Source: a virus (Duplodnaviria; Caudoviricetes). From it: DNA of 64,000 bases. A program made the translations under genes and the position numbers. Position 1 is the stretch's first letter. Each line of letters starts with the position of its first letter. The stretch lies in the IMG/VR virus record IMGVR_UViG_3300032227_000922, positions 6,116 to 70,115 of that record. The stretch is one strand, 5' to 3'. Under the pieces are notes generated by a model that had not been told where the DNA came from, did not search any database, and worked only from the letters and a program-made list of their open reading frames with translations. Positions 47,362 to 57,214 of this stretch are shown here, in pieces.

Positions 47362-49155
47362 ATGCCCATCGCAGCCGTCGATTTCGAGTCCTACTATGAC
47401 GACGAGATTTCCATTACCACCCTCGGTATTCACCACTATTTACAAAAAACCGACATCTACCTCGTCAGCATTGCCACTGACACAGGCATCAAGTTTGTTG
47501 GTCACCCCAAAGCCTTCGACTGGAGGCAAATTGAGGGCCCTGATTGGGTCTGGCTCGCGCACAACGCAGGCTTTGACTGGCCTGTTTTCATGCGACTCCA
47601 AGAACTTGGGGTCGGAAACACGCAATCGGTTACCCAAATTAAAGACTGGTACGACACGGCAGACCTGACGGCCTACCTCGGCCTGCCCCGATCGCTCAAA
47701 TCCGCGAGCATCTACCTCCTCGGTCAGGAAATTTCCAAGGATGTCCGCGACCGGATGAAAGGCAAGCAATGGGAGACTATGACCCCCGAATTTCGCAAGG
47801 AAGTCGAGGATTATGCCCTAAAAGACGCTGAAAACTGCCTCCAACTCTGGCTTCAACACGGAGACAAATGGCCCGAGCACGAGCGTGAAATCAGCCGTTT
47901 GACCCGTGAAATGGGCTTTCGAGGCGTCCCGATCGACAAGGAAGGGCTGGAAAAAGACATTAACAAGCTCAACGACGATCTCTGGGAGCTTCGCACCAAC
48001 ATCCCATGGAAAGACGAACCCCACAGGGACGCAGCCAAGGCCAGGAAGGGAGAAAAGATGGCGATCCTCTCCCCAATCGCGATCCGCGAGGAATGCCTCA
48101 AGGTCGGGATCACAGCACCCGCAAGTTTTGCCAAGGATGACCCGGAGGCCGAAGAGTTCTTCGAGACCTACGCCGACAAGTACCCGTGGGTCCGAGCCGT
48201 GCGTGACTACCGCAGGGCAACCAAGCACCTGGCAACCCTCAAGACCATGCAGGCTCGCATGCGTCCGGACGGCTGGATGCCATATTCTTTAAAATATTTC
48301 GGAGCCCACACCGGGCGCGACAGCGGTGATGCCGGGATTAACCTGCAAAACTTGCCCAAGGGCTTGGTGGCAGGCGTTGACGTGCGTTCCAAGATCATGG
48401 CCCCTGAGGGCTATACATTGGCTATCGTGGATCTGTCCCAGATCGAGCCCCGAGTCATTCATTGGCTGGCCGACGACGAGACAACGCTCAAGTTCATCCG
48501 TGAGATCCCCGATCTCTACGAGGCATTTGCAAGATCGTGGGGTCTCTACACCGACCCGCGCCCTTTGAAGGAGGTCGACCCGAAGCTACGCCACGCGACG
48601 AAGACCATGGCACTCGGGCTCCAGTACGGCATGGGCAGCAAGAAATTTGCTGACGTGGCCGGAATTGATATCGGCGAGGCGATCCGTCTTACCAATCTGT
48701 ATCGCAAAAAGAACCCCAAGATTCTGGCTCTTTGGAAGAAGCTGGAGAAAGGCATGGCGGAAACCCTCAAGGAGGACGACCGCACATTCCAGATGCACCT
48801 TCCCTCGGACCGGTTGATGCACTACCGCAACGTGACCCGCGAGGGTGACAAGCTCTCAGCTTCAATCTCCCGTCAAGGTAAATTGATGCAGCAGGGTTTT
48901 TGGGGCGGCGTCCTGACGGAAAATCTGGTCCAAAGTACCGCCAGAGAGGTATTCATGTACCACTGCGCTGAGATCGAAAACGCCGGAATCCCGGTGCTCA
49001 TGCGAGTGCACGACGAAGCCGTCTGCCTGGTACCCGAGGAATTGGCTCAGGAACGGCTCAATCAAATCATCAAGATCATGTCCTCCAATCCTTCGTGGGC
49101 ACCTGGTCTCCCCCTAGCAGCAGAAGGCTCCATCTCCAAAGTCTACAAGAAGTAA
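47362..49155 (+). CDS. polA: family A DNA polymerase (3'-5' exo + pol)
   Basis: VDFES exo I; DLSQIEPR motif A; KTMALGLQYG motif B; RVHDE motif C. Confidence 0.95.
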   Translation: MPIAAVDFESYYDDEISITTLGIHHYLQKTDIYLVSIATDTGIKFVGHPKAFDWRQIEGPDWVWLAHNAGFDWPVFMRLQELGVGNTQSVTQIKDWYDTADLTAYLGLPRSLKSASIYLLGQEISKDVRDRMKGKQWETMTPEFRKEVEDYALKDAENCLQLWLQHGDKWPEHEREISRLTREMGFRGVPIDKEGLEKDINKLNDDLWELRTNIPWKDEPHRDAAKARKGEKMAILSPIAIREECLKVGITAPASFAKDDPEAEEFFETYADKYPWVRAVRDYRRATKHLATLKTMQARMRPDGWMPYSLKYFGAHTGRDSGDAGINLQNLPKGLVAGVDVRSKIMAPEGYTLAIVDLSQIEPRVIHWLADDETTLKFIREIPDLYEAFARSWGLYTDPRPLKEVDPKLRHATKTMALGLQYGMGSKKFADVAGIDIGEAIRLTNLYRKKNPKILALWKKLEKGMAETLKEDDRTFQMHLPSDRLMHYRNVTREGDKLSASISRQGKLMQQGFWGGVLTENLVQSTAREVFMYHCAEIENAGIPVLMRVHDEAVCLVPEELAQERLNQIIKIMSSNPSWAPGLPLAAEGSISKVYKK

Positions 49156-49159
49156 TCCT

Positions 49160-51319
49160 ATGAAATTGTTTTCGCTCCCCAACCTCACCAGCCACGCCGT
49201 CGCCCTCACGGACGACACGACACTCAGCACCGTCGTCAACACCCGTCCGCAGGGGATGGACAAGAAACAGTACAGCGACTGGTGCCGAGCCTCTTCCACG
49301 AAGGGGAACTTCATCACCGCGTGGGAGGGTATCAACCCGCAGGGTCGCGTTGCCGCCCAAAACCCCGGACGCCTGCTGCACGGAATCGTTGCTGACTACG
49401 ACAGCCCCAACGCGCTTTCCAAAATCCAAGATATCCCAAAGAATACGTCGCACCTGCCGACCTGGCTCATCGAGAGCTTTACCCCCGGCAAGTGCAGGCT
49501 CATCTGGCCCTTCGAGGTTCCGGTCAACACCTCCAATCCGGATCTGACCAAGCAGTTCCTCAAGGTGCTCAACGAGAAGATCAAAATATCCGACGCACTG
49601 CCAGGATTCGATGACTCAAGTTGGAAGGACACCCAGTACTTCGAGATGGGGACTAACTGGAAGGCCATCACCGGGGCCGTTCCGATCCCCGAGGCCGTCC
49701 TTCTCCAGTGCATGATGGAAGCCGCTTCCAGAAAGCAGATCGACACGGGCGACGTGGAGATTCCCCTGGATGTGGTCGCGGATGAGGTCGAGAAGCGTTG
49801 GCCAGGTCGCTGGCCCCTCGGAAACTTCCAAGAGGGTGTCGTCGGCCCGCTCTTCTGGGTGGAGCCCTTCGTCAATCACCGGAGCTGCTCGGTATCCGCA
49901 AACGGGATGATCTGCTTTTCCGATCGAGCCACATCCAACTTCATGCCCTGGCGTGCAATCCTGGGAAACAAGTTTGTGGAGAAGTACGAGCAGGACAAAG
50001 CGGCAAAGATCGCGGAGATGTTCTGGTTCGTACAGGGAGGCTCTTACTGGACGGAATACGCCGACCCGGGAAAGTGGAAGGTATTCCCAGAGCTGGCAGC
50101 GCAGCGGCACCTCCGTACCTCGGCGAACGTCTCCACCAAGAAACGCAAGGGGAAGGACTCAACCGAGCTGGATGAGGTGCTGGTCTACATCCAGAATAAT
50201 CGGTACGTTGACTTCGCCGCGCCCCTGCTTTTTGAGAGCGAGAAGGTCGTCTTCAACAACGGCAAGCGAATCCTCAACATCTCCTCCAAGGAGGTCATGC
50301 AGCCCGCCGAAACGGGCGACCCTAAGGATTTTCCGTGGATCTATGACTTCATCATGAACGCCTTCGACGGGTCCCAGAACGGCGTACCGGCCAGGGAGTA
50401 CTTCATCGGGTGGTTCAAGCGGTTCTACGAGTCCAGCTACCAGCGGGACCCGCAGCAGGGACAGAGCATTGTCATCGCCGGTGAGGCCCATGCCGGTAAG
50501 AGCTTCATTGCCAACTGGATCATCGGGAAGGCGATGGGCGGGAGCTGTGACGCCTCCGACATCCTCCTGGGCAACACCAAGTTCAACGAGAACGCCGCTC
50601 ACAACGCGGTCTGGCTCTGCGACGACGCAGTCGCAAGCGGAGACATCAAGACCCGCCAGGAGCTGGCCCTACGCCTCAAGGCAATGGCAGCCAAGCCGAT
50701 GATGCGCTACGAGCCCAAGTTCGTGAACGCGGTGGACCTTCCCTTCAAGGGGAGGGTGGTGGTCTGCGGCAACATCGACCCCGAGTCGCTGCGGATTCTC
50801 CCGACCCTCGACGGAACGATCAAGGACAAGATCATGCTCTTCCGGATCGACCCGAACTACCGGCCCCACTTCTTTGACAAGAACTCGGATAACGAGCGAC
50901 GCGCGTTGACGGAACTCCCCCACTTCCTGCGCTGGCTTCTCGACTACCAGGTGGACCCGAACGTGGTTGACAAGAGCAACACCCGCTTCGCCGTCCGTAG
51001 CTTCCATCACCCCTCGCTGGTGATCGCCGCCAACGTCGAGCAGCCGGAGAGCCGCCTGGCCGAAATCATCACCCTCACGATGGACACCATCAGGGGCGGG
51101 GTGAAGAAGGGCCAGCTTGTCACGATGACCGCCACCGAATTCAGCCAGGCCGTCCACAACGCGCAGCTCCAGGGAGCCCTCCGGGATCTCGGCGGCATCC
51201 GCAACGTCGGCAAGCTGCTCCACAAGGTGGTCGAGCAAAAGCTCTCCCCGTTCCTCACAACCCAGCCGAAGGTATCTGGAGGCTACCACAAGTACTCGTT
51301 CGACCCCCATGCACAGTGA
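49160..51319 (+). CDS. primase-helicase (AEP-like N-terminus, SF3/D5-like C-terminus)
   Basis: IVADYD; GEAHAGKS Walker A; VWLCDD Walker B; follows polA. Confidence 0.7.
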   Translation: MKLFSLPNLTSHAVALTDDTTLSTVVNTRPQGMDKKQYSDWCRASSTKGNFITAWEGINPQGRVAAQNPGRLLHGIVADYDSPNALSKIQDIPKNTSHLPTWLIESFTPGKCRLIWPFEVPVNTSNPDLTKQFLKVLNEKIKISDALPGFDDSSWKDTQYFEMGTNWKAITGAVPIPEAVLLQCMMEAASRKQIDTGDVEIPLDVVADEVEKRWPGRWPLGNFQEGVVGPLFWVEPFVNHRSCSVSANGMICFSDRATSNFMPWRAILGNKFVEKYEQDKAAKIAEMFWFVQGGSYWTEYADPGKWKVFPELAAQRHLRTSANVSTKKRKGKDSTELDEVLVYIQNNRYVDFAAPLLFESEKVVFNNGKRILNISSKEVMQPAETGDPKDFPWIYDFIMNAFDGSQNGVPAREYFIGWFKRFYESSYQRDPQQGQSIVIAGEAHAGKSFIANWIIGKAMGGSCDASDILLGNTKFNENAAHNAVWLCDDAVASGDIKTRQELALRLKAMAAKPMMRYEPKFVNAVDLPFKGRVVVCGNIDPESLRILPTLDGTIKDKIMLFRIDPNYRPHFFDKNSDNERRALTELPHFLRWLLDYQVDPNVVDKSNTRFAVRSFHHPSLVIAANVEQPESRLAEIITLTMDTIRGGVKKGQLVTMTATEFSQAVHNAQLQGALRDLGGIRNVGKLLHKVVEQKLSPFLTTQPKVSGGYHKYSFDPHAQ

Positions 51320-51320
51320 C

Positions 51321-51473
51321 ATGAAGCCAAAATCTTTGCGCTCAATCCTCCAGCGGCTGGACCGATCCGACAAGGCGATCGGGAAGCTGGACCGCACGGT
51401 CTACCTCGTTCGGATAGCCCTAATTGTCAGCTTGTTTTTAAACATCGTTTCACTGTACCGTAGCTTCCGATGA
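51321..51473 (+). CDS. 50-aa membrane-anchored protein; not in ORF track
   Basis: Helical N-terminus plus LVRIALIVSLFLNIVSL TM; ATGA-coupled. Confidence 0.55.
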   Translation: MKPKSLRSILQRLDRSDKAIGKLDRTVYLVRIALIVSLFLNIVSLYRSFR

Positions 51474-51700
51474 GTGCAGTCTACACCGAGTCGAAATTCA
51501 ACGCCTGCCTTGACGCGATCTCCTCGATCCGTCGGCAGCGCGATTCGGCTATCCGGGTGGCAGACGCCCTCCTGCAATGCCTTTACCCATGCCAGGACAG
51601 GGCGCGCAACTGCGACATCTGCCTCCTGCGCGATAAACTGGACGAGGTGAAAGCCGACGTCATCGCCTACCAGAAAGAACTCCAAGCCAAAAGCAAATGA
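51470..51700 (+). CDS. hypothetical coiled-coil protein with a CxxC-like motif
   Basis: 76 aa, coupled. Confidence 0.6.
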   Translation: MSAVYTESKFNACLDAISSIRRQRDSAIRVADALLQCLYPCQDRARNCDICLLRDKLDEVKADVIAYQKELQAKSK

Positions 51701-51876
51701 ACATCGAAGACCTGATCGCCTACCACAAGAACCAGGCAAAGATCGCCAGGGCTGAACTCAACTCAGCCACCTGGGGCACGGGTTTAGGGCCGCAGGAGAA
51801 GAGGGACAAGTACTACTTCCACCTCGACGCCATCGAATTTCTGAAGACCTTGGAGGGCACGCGGGTATCCCGATAG
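51697..51876 (+). CDS. 59-aa hypothetical protein; not in ORF track
   Basis: ATGA-coupled, MNIEDLIAYHK... Confidence 0.55.
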   Translation: MNIEDLIAYHKNQAKIARAELNSATWGTGLGPQEKRDKYYFHLDAIEFLKTLEGTRVSR

Positions 51877-52054
51877 GGATTGCCACGGGTGCAAGACAAC
51901 AAGAACAACCAACCTTACCGAAGGTATTCTCAATGGGTTTTGGGGAAACGCCCGGAACAACTGAAGCAGCCCGCATGCTCTCCATACTTCTTCACATCTA
52001 CTGGCACCGGTTCACATCAACTTGCAGTTTGTGCAAGGAACTGATCACCCGCCG

Positions 52055-52345
52055 ATGACGCCTGACGAGATCAGAGTAGCGATCCGCCTACTCGGACAGA
52101 GGGTATACCTTTGGGGATACCACGAGGTGAAGTACAACCGGTACGAAGGATACTACATCGACTGGTTCTGCCCCGACCCGCATGAGGAACACGACGAGGT
52201 CTTTGATAAAAAGGGCAACTTTGTCCGGAGTTGGGGAGCATTCGGCCGGAGATTCTGGGGCCCCCGCCGATTCAAGCCCACGGACTTCTCTACTGAAACC
52301 AGCCGTGGGAGATTGCTCGCCTACCTATTCAACCATGACGCCTGA
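52055..52345 (+). CDS. MTPDEIRVAIRLL paralog 1
   Basis: Start ATG 52055; first 13 aa identical to the next ORF. Confidence 0.7.
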   Translation: MTPDEIRVAIRLLGQRVYLWGYHEVKYNRYEGYYIDWFCPDPHEEHDEVFDKKGNFVRSWGAFGRRFWGPRRFKPTDFSTETSRGRLLAYLFNHDA

Positions 52346-52586
52346 TGAGATCAGAGTGGCGATCCGGCTGCTCAACCAGACCGTGGTCTACGAGAGCAGG
52401 TACCCGGTCGTCCATACCCACGAAGGCTACGTGATTCGGTGGGGGCTGGACCGTCCGCTCTTTGGTAAGGACGGGGAGTTCAGGAAGAACTGGCTCGGCC
52501 AACCCCTTTACAGCGCACACCTCTTCAAGGTGGTGGACGAGCTGCCGTTTAACGTCAGGGTGGCCAACAACACGGGACCGAAATGA
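52335..52586 (+). CDS. MTPDEIRVAIRLL paralog 2
   Basis: Start ATG 52335; shares EGY.I.W and F.K.G.F...W with paralog 1. Confidence 0.7.
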   Translation: MTPDEIRVAIRLLNQTVVYESRYPVVHTHEGYVIRWGLDRPLFGKDGEFRKNWLGQPLYSAHLFKVVDELPFNVRVANNTGPK

Positions 52587-52825
52587 ACTGGCCCGAGATC
52601 AAGGCAATCCTCCGGATGGGGATTCCTCTTCTGTATAAAGAAGAGGACGGCAGGGTGTACTGGGCTGAATACATGGACCATAAAGAAGGGTTTCTACGGG
52701 GGCCGCACCTCAGAATCTACGGGACTGACGCTTTTGGGAAGACGTACCCATTGAGAAACGAGGGGTGGGATACCGTTGATCAGAGACTCAAGTCATATAG
52801 GTTTTACCACGTCCCGGTGAGTTAA
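52583..52825 (+). CDS. hypothetical protein, paralog of 63164..63454
   Basis: EIKAILRMG...E.DGRVY...LRG vs QIRATLRLG...ERTGRVW...LRG. Confidence 0.65.
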   Translation: MNWPEIKAILRMGIPLLYKEEDGRVYWAEYMDHKEGFLRGPHLRIYGTDAFGKTYPLRNEGWDTVDQRLKSYRFYHVPVS

Positions 52826-53689
52826 ACGCAGTATACTGCGCTTACCATGCAGGAGTGGTGGAAGTGCTTTACCATCAAGGAGTAGTACGCAACCAATAGC
52901 GTGCACCGTCGCGGATTCAATATGACTTATGCGTCAAAATATACCCGATCGGGAAGAAAAGATGCGTTATATCTCAAAACCAGAGAGAATGCTCCCGATC
53001 GGGGTTGCAAACCCTTGACAGATGGCCACAACTGTATAGCTTTTGTAACGGAGTCTCCCAATGGGTGGCTCCTCTACAGATCCCTAGTCCCCCTCTACAG
53101 CTATTGATGCTGCACGGCGGCGGGGCAGGCCCTACCGAGTGTCCTGAAACAGATGGCGGACGCGCCATGACTACGGGGATTGTTCTACACCACGCAGGCT
53201 CAAATTCCTCCAAAGCGGGCTCCATGCCCCGTGAGGTATGACTTGCTGCCGGGCCGACACAGCTACGCTTTGAACGCGTATCACTTGGCCTCGGCTTATG
53301 GCGGGGGAGGCATCGAGGGCGTCTGCGTAAGCGGGCAAACCACCGTTGTGTTAGGCAAATGCTGAAAGGCGAGCGACCTGGACCTCCCCCGACCGTGAGC
53401 ACGATCGTTGACACCCCGGGAATGTCGCAGTTCGCAGACATATCTCCATTCACTGAAGTGCGAACACTACACTCGCTCAGTTTATCGTTTACGATAAAGT
53501 CGGCAAATGAAGCTACGATTCATTTGTAGACTCTAGCCTAAACAGGCGACGCCAGGATTAGGCTATGTTCTAAAATTCACCCATGAGGGGAATCCGGCTG
53601 CAAAACCCAATCCCTTGCGGCCGGTTGACTCGAACCGTTCGCACCCCCGATTCCGGGCAAAAAGATATTAAATCAAATGTATAGCATTT

Positions 53690-54560
53690 CACTGTTTCCC
53701 TGCATCCCTGCACCCATTCCCCCTGGAGTTAGCTAACATGGTGCAGGACTTAACGTAGCAGGGTCGCAGGGTTGCAGGGCGCTTAACGTATTTTTTCTAC
53801 TAAAAAGTGGTGGATGAGATTTGCCACCCACCACGTGTTTTTGGCAACCCACCAAGTTACAAGACACTGAGGGACAGGCGGTTAGCCGGGGTCTTGGTGG
53901 GTAGGTGGATGAAGTGGGTAATTTTGGAACCGCTCATTATAATATATATGCCATAATACAATAATATAACATCATACATATTTTTTCTATATCCTCTTCC
54001 CTTTACTATTTTCTATATTCTCATCCACTCATCCACCAAAATATATATAAAGAGATATAGATAAAGGACTTAGCCGTGGTGGATGAAAATTTTTAGAACC
54101 CCCATCAGACCCACCAATCCACCAATCGGGTTGGCTTGCCTTCGGCTGGCTCTTGTCTTCTGCGACCCAGTGCCAACTTGGTTCCCTGAAACCCTGTTTT
54201 CCTGTCCCCCGTTGAAATCCCGGTCGTGATCGCTGCGCTGTCTGGGCCAGCCGCGTTGAAATTTGGGGCCTGCGTCGCGTCGGAATGTCTTTTGAGGGTA
54301 ACCACAGCGGCTTCTCTGTAGCCGGTACTGATTTTGCTTAAAACGCTTTTTAAGGCCCCTAGCAGCCCCGCTATCGAGTTGCGGGGGTCCAGGGCTACAG
54401 GGTTTGGGAGAAAATTTTTTCACAGAGGGTATATAAACGTTGAAGCTCGCGCGCGCCCCCCGTACGGGCACACCCCCCGGCGGGGGCGTGGTCTATTAGA
54501 ATGACGGAGGGGGGGGGGGCAAGGGTTCGGATTAACCTTTGCCAGCGGCACACTGCCGAC
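53690..54560. other. non-coding control region: candidate replication origin and/or packaging site
   Basis: GGTGGATG/CATCCACC repeats in both orientations around an AT-rich core (~53925-54066); CCCTGCA x2 facing GCAGGG x3; G/C homopolymer tracts at 54440-54520. Confidence 0.5.
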
Positions 54561-54997
54561 TCTGGCGTTGATCTTTGACAATCCAAAAGGTGGCCAGCCT
54601 AGCAAGCTGACCTAGAGTGCGCCCTTCGAAACTAACGCACCCCCTCCGCATAGCGGCATCAAATTGGGGGCAGCGGACAAAGGTAGAGGCGCGGGACACC
54701 AGAAAAGTCCCCGTAGACTTTCGAGGTAGTGCCGGGAGGCATGACCGAAAGATCGGAAAAGACTAGGGACGACAACCCCCCCTAGTCATCAGAAAAACAG
54801 GAAGGGACGGCGCAAAATGTCGCCATGCGATCCTGCAACAAAAGACCGCGCCATGCGCTAGTCTGCAGAATTGCGCCGTCCCCTTTCTTGGGAAAGGGCT
54901 TTCTTTCTCTGCAATCCGTTCACACTTCGACACTTGTGGCATCGTCACGGGTGGGAAATTGCAAGGGTGAACGGATAAACAGAGAAAAGAAAATACC

Positions 54998-55435
54998 ATG
55001 AATAATACCGAATCCACCCTCGCAGTTAATCCAACCTCCGTCCGCGAGATTGTGTCCCCCACCACCAAAAAAGTGCGCGGGACTCAATATGTCTTTGCCT
55101 GTACAGAGACTCCGCAGGAACTGAAGTCCCGTCTGAAGTCCGCAGGACTTACCGGCAACAAGCTCTCTAATGCTATCCGTGAGATCCGCAAGGGTTCCAT
55201 GTCCTTGGCATGGGCTGAAACGCAGGTCTTCCTTGAAGGCATGAGGAAAGAAGGCTACTTCCCAACCCAAGCGCAAGCTCTTAAGAATACCGGCGTCCTT
55301 CGCTTTGAGAAGCTCAAGGAGGCTCGTGCAAAGAAGGATTCTCCCGAGGCCATCCGTGCCAAGACTCTGGAAGAGATCGCTTCCAAGCTCCGCGCCATGG
55401 GACTGACCGAGGACGAGATTGCTGCCCTGTCCTAA
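54998..55435 (+). CDS. hypothetical basic protein, first gene after the non-coding region
   Basis: 145 aa, A-rich leader. Confidence 0.7.
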   Translation: MNNTESTLAVNPTSVREIVSPTTKKVRGTQYVFACTETPQELKSRLKSAGLTGNKLSNAIREIRKGSMSLAWAETQVFLEGMRKEGYFPTQAQALKNTGVLRFEKLKEARAKKDSPEAIRAKTLEEIASKLRAMGLTEDEIAALS

Positions 55436-55486
55436 CACTGACCAGTCCGCTGGCAGACCGGCTAAAGTCTGCCCCACTTTCTTACC

Positions 55487-55759
55487 ATGAAAACCCATCC
55501 CATCCGTTCTAACTTCATCGACTTATCGGACGCAAGAATCCGCAAGCATGATTCGGCCCTGGACTATGACTGGTCTTTCCGCCAGCGTCCCAAGTTCCGT
55601 GAGCCAAAGGCTCCGGCTCTGCCCGATCCCCATGAAGTCCGCATCCGCATGGAAGCTGCCCTACTCATTGCCAAGCATGAGCGCAAGGCATGGGAGGAGA
55701 AGGAACGGACTAGGCTGATTGAAGAGTATCGGAAGCTGGTTCGGGTTGGCAACCCGTAG
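55487..55759 (+). CDS. hypothetical protein
   Basis: 90 aa, co-oriented. Confidence 0.6.
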   Translation: MKTHPIRSNFIDLSDARIRKHDSALDYDWSFRQRPKFREPKAPALPDPHEVRIRMEAALLIAKHERKAWEEKERTRLIEEYRKLVRVGNP

Positions 55760-56324
55760 GATCTCCCTTATCGCCATCACTTGGTGACACCTCGGTGACA
55801 CTTTCCCCCACAAGTTCCCCCTCAACTATGTCTTCGGGCAGGTTGCTACGCAGCCTTTCATTTACCACCTGCAACTGGACAATCGTGTTGGACTTGGCTT
55901 CGCCATCGTCCATGCCCAAAGTCCGCCGCATCATCTTGTCGGCAATGTCAAAGTCCTTCCAGGTTCTGGGAGGTGCAATGATTGTCTGGGTCAGGATCTT
56001 GAACAGCTTGTCCGCCGCCTTGTGCCGATACTCCTTGGTGATTGCCTCCAAGTCTGTCGTTGTAATCGTCAAGTTCTTACCGGACTCGCTCTCTGCTAAC
56101 TGATCCACAAGAGACTGGTTCCTTGCAACCCTGCCATTGTGCAGCCCTGCAGCCTTGTTCAACTTATTCTGAACACGCTTCGGGGTGTTCCAGTTTTCCC
56201 TATTGCTCCGCATCCTAACAGCGGCGTCGGAGATACCGAACAGCTTGGCAACCTCCTTCAACGGAGTGCCCTTCTCACAACTCTCTCGGATCTTATCCCA
56301 TGGAACTTCTAAAGCCTTCGGCAT
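55710..56324 (-). CDS. terS: terminase small subunit (probable)
   Basis: WDKIRESCEKGTPLKEVAKLFGISDAAVRMRSNRENW HTH typical of TerS, followed by helical oligomerisation region. Confidence 0.65.
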   Translation of the reverse strand: MPKALEVPWDKIRESCEKGTPLKEVAKLFGISDAAVRMRSNRENWNTPKRVQNKLNKAAGLHNGRVARNQSLVDQLAESESGKNLTITTTDLEAITKEYRHKAADKLFKILTQTIIAPPRTWKDFDIADKMMRRTLGMDDGEAKSNTIVQLQVVNERLRSNLPEDIVEGELVGESVTEVSPSDGDKGDPTGCQPEPASDTLQSA

Positions 56325-56332
56325 TGGTGGTC

Positions 56333-56345
56333 GGTATCACATACC
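56333..56345. promoter_or_regulatory. perfect operator-like palindrome upstream of terS
   Basis: CGGTAT-CAC-ATACCG, 8 nt from the terS start codon. Confidence 0.7.
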
Positions 56346-56609
56346 GCCACCCAATGCAACACTTTTCAACCGCATCCAAGTCCTAGGTTACCTAGGTGGA
56401 GCATGCAAGATGCGGCGAGTTGGCCGTGGGTCATTGCCAGTTCAACACGGTCCAACGCTAAGTTTGGAAACTGGCGACACTAGTGTGGGTGTCCATTCCT
56501 CACATTCCCGCTGCACGGAACGCTGCAGTAACCCTCAACGCACCACCAAAGGGCAAAGCCTCGCCGCCAGAAAGTGCGAGGCACAACTCATAAATAAAAA
56601 TACAATCCG

Positions 56610-56843
56610 ATGAATACCGCCGGCCGTCACAACCGCCCAGCCATCAACCCCGATCATCTGTCCGACCGACGGATGCGCCAGGAGTTCCTCACTGGGCCGT
56701 TCCTCGACCTCATCACCCACAAGGTGAACGACAAGTTGGCCGCCGAGGCTGCCGCCTCCGCCGTCAAGCCCACCGAAGCCAACCTCACCTACTCACTCGG
56801 CCAGCAGTTCGCCGCCGAGTTCCGCAAGCTCACCCTCGCCTAA
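56610..56843 (+). CDS. hypothetical protein
   Basis: 77 aa, A-rich leader. Confidence 0.6.
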   Translation: MNTAGRHNRPAINPDHLSDRRMRQEFLTGPFLDLITHKVNDKLAAEAAASAVKPTEANLTYSLGQQFAAEFRKLTLA

Positions 56844-56863
56844 CCCTGCAACCCGACACCACG

Positions 56864-57031
56864 ATGCCTACATACATACCCACCGATGAACCTCCCTTCA
56901 TGTGCTGGATACCCGGCTCATCCACGGAGAAGCAGGAGCGTGCCGAGCAAGTGGCGCAAGCCATTGCCGAGAACTGCTCCGTCGAAGAGATCGAAACCCG
57001 TGACCTCCGCCCCTTCCAGTTCCATGAATAA
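56864..57031 (+). CDS. 55-aa hypothetical protein; not in ORF track
   Basis: MPTYIPTDEPPFMCWIPG...; A/C-rich leader. Confidence 0.5.
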   Translation: MPTYIPTDEPPFMCWIPGSSTEKQERAEQVAQAIAENCSVEEIETRDLRPFQFHE

Positions 57032-57128
57032 GTTCGACGAGTGGCTCATCACCGTGGCCCTTGGCTTGTCCTTGGCCGTGTTCCTCGTGGCGATCATCGA
57101 CCTGACCTATCGGTTCCTTGACCGCTGA
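57024..57128 (+). CDS. 34-aa single-TM peptide
   Basis: MNKFDEWLITVALGLSLAVFLVAIIDLTYRFLDR. Confidence 0.5.
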   Translation: MNKFDEWLITVALGLSLAVFLVAIIDLTYRFLDR

Positions 57129-57165
57129 TCACTATCATAAACCTGCGAGCCGGTTGCTGACCGGC

Positions 57166-57194
57166 TTGACAGGTATCATACACCGCATCATATT
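57166..57194 (+). promoter_or_regulatory. sigma70 promoter with the operator palindrome in its spacer
   Basis: TTGACA-17 nt-CATATT; the spacer begins with the perfect palindrome GGTAT-CAT-ACACC; preceded by the hairpin AGCCGGT/ACCGGCT. Confidence 0.75.
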
Positions 57195-57214
57195 CGCTTC
57201 ACCTTAAACATTCC

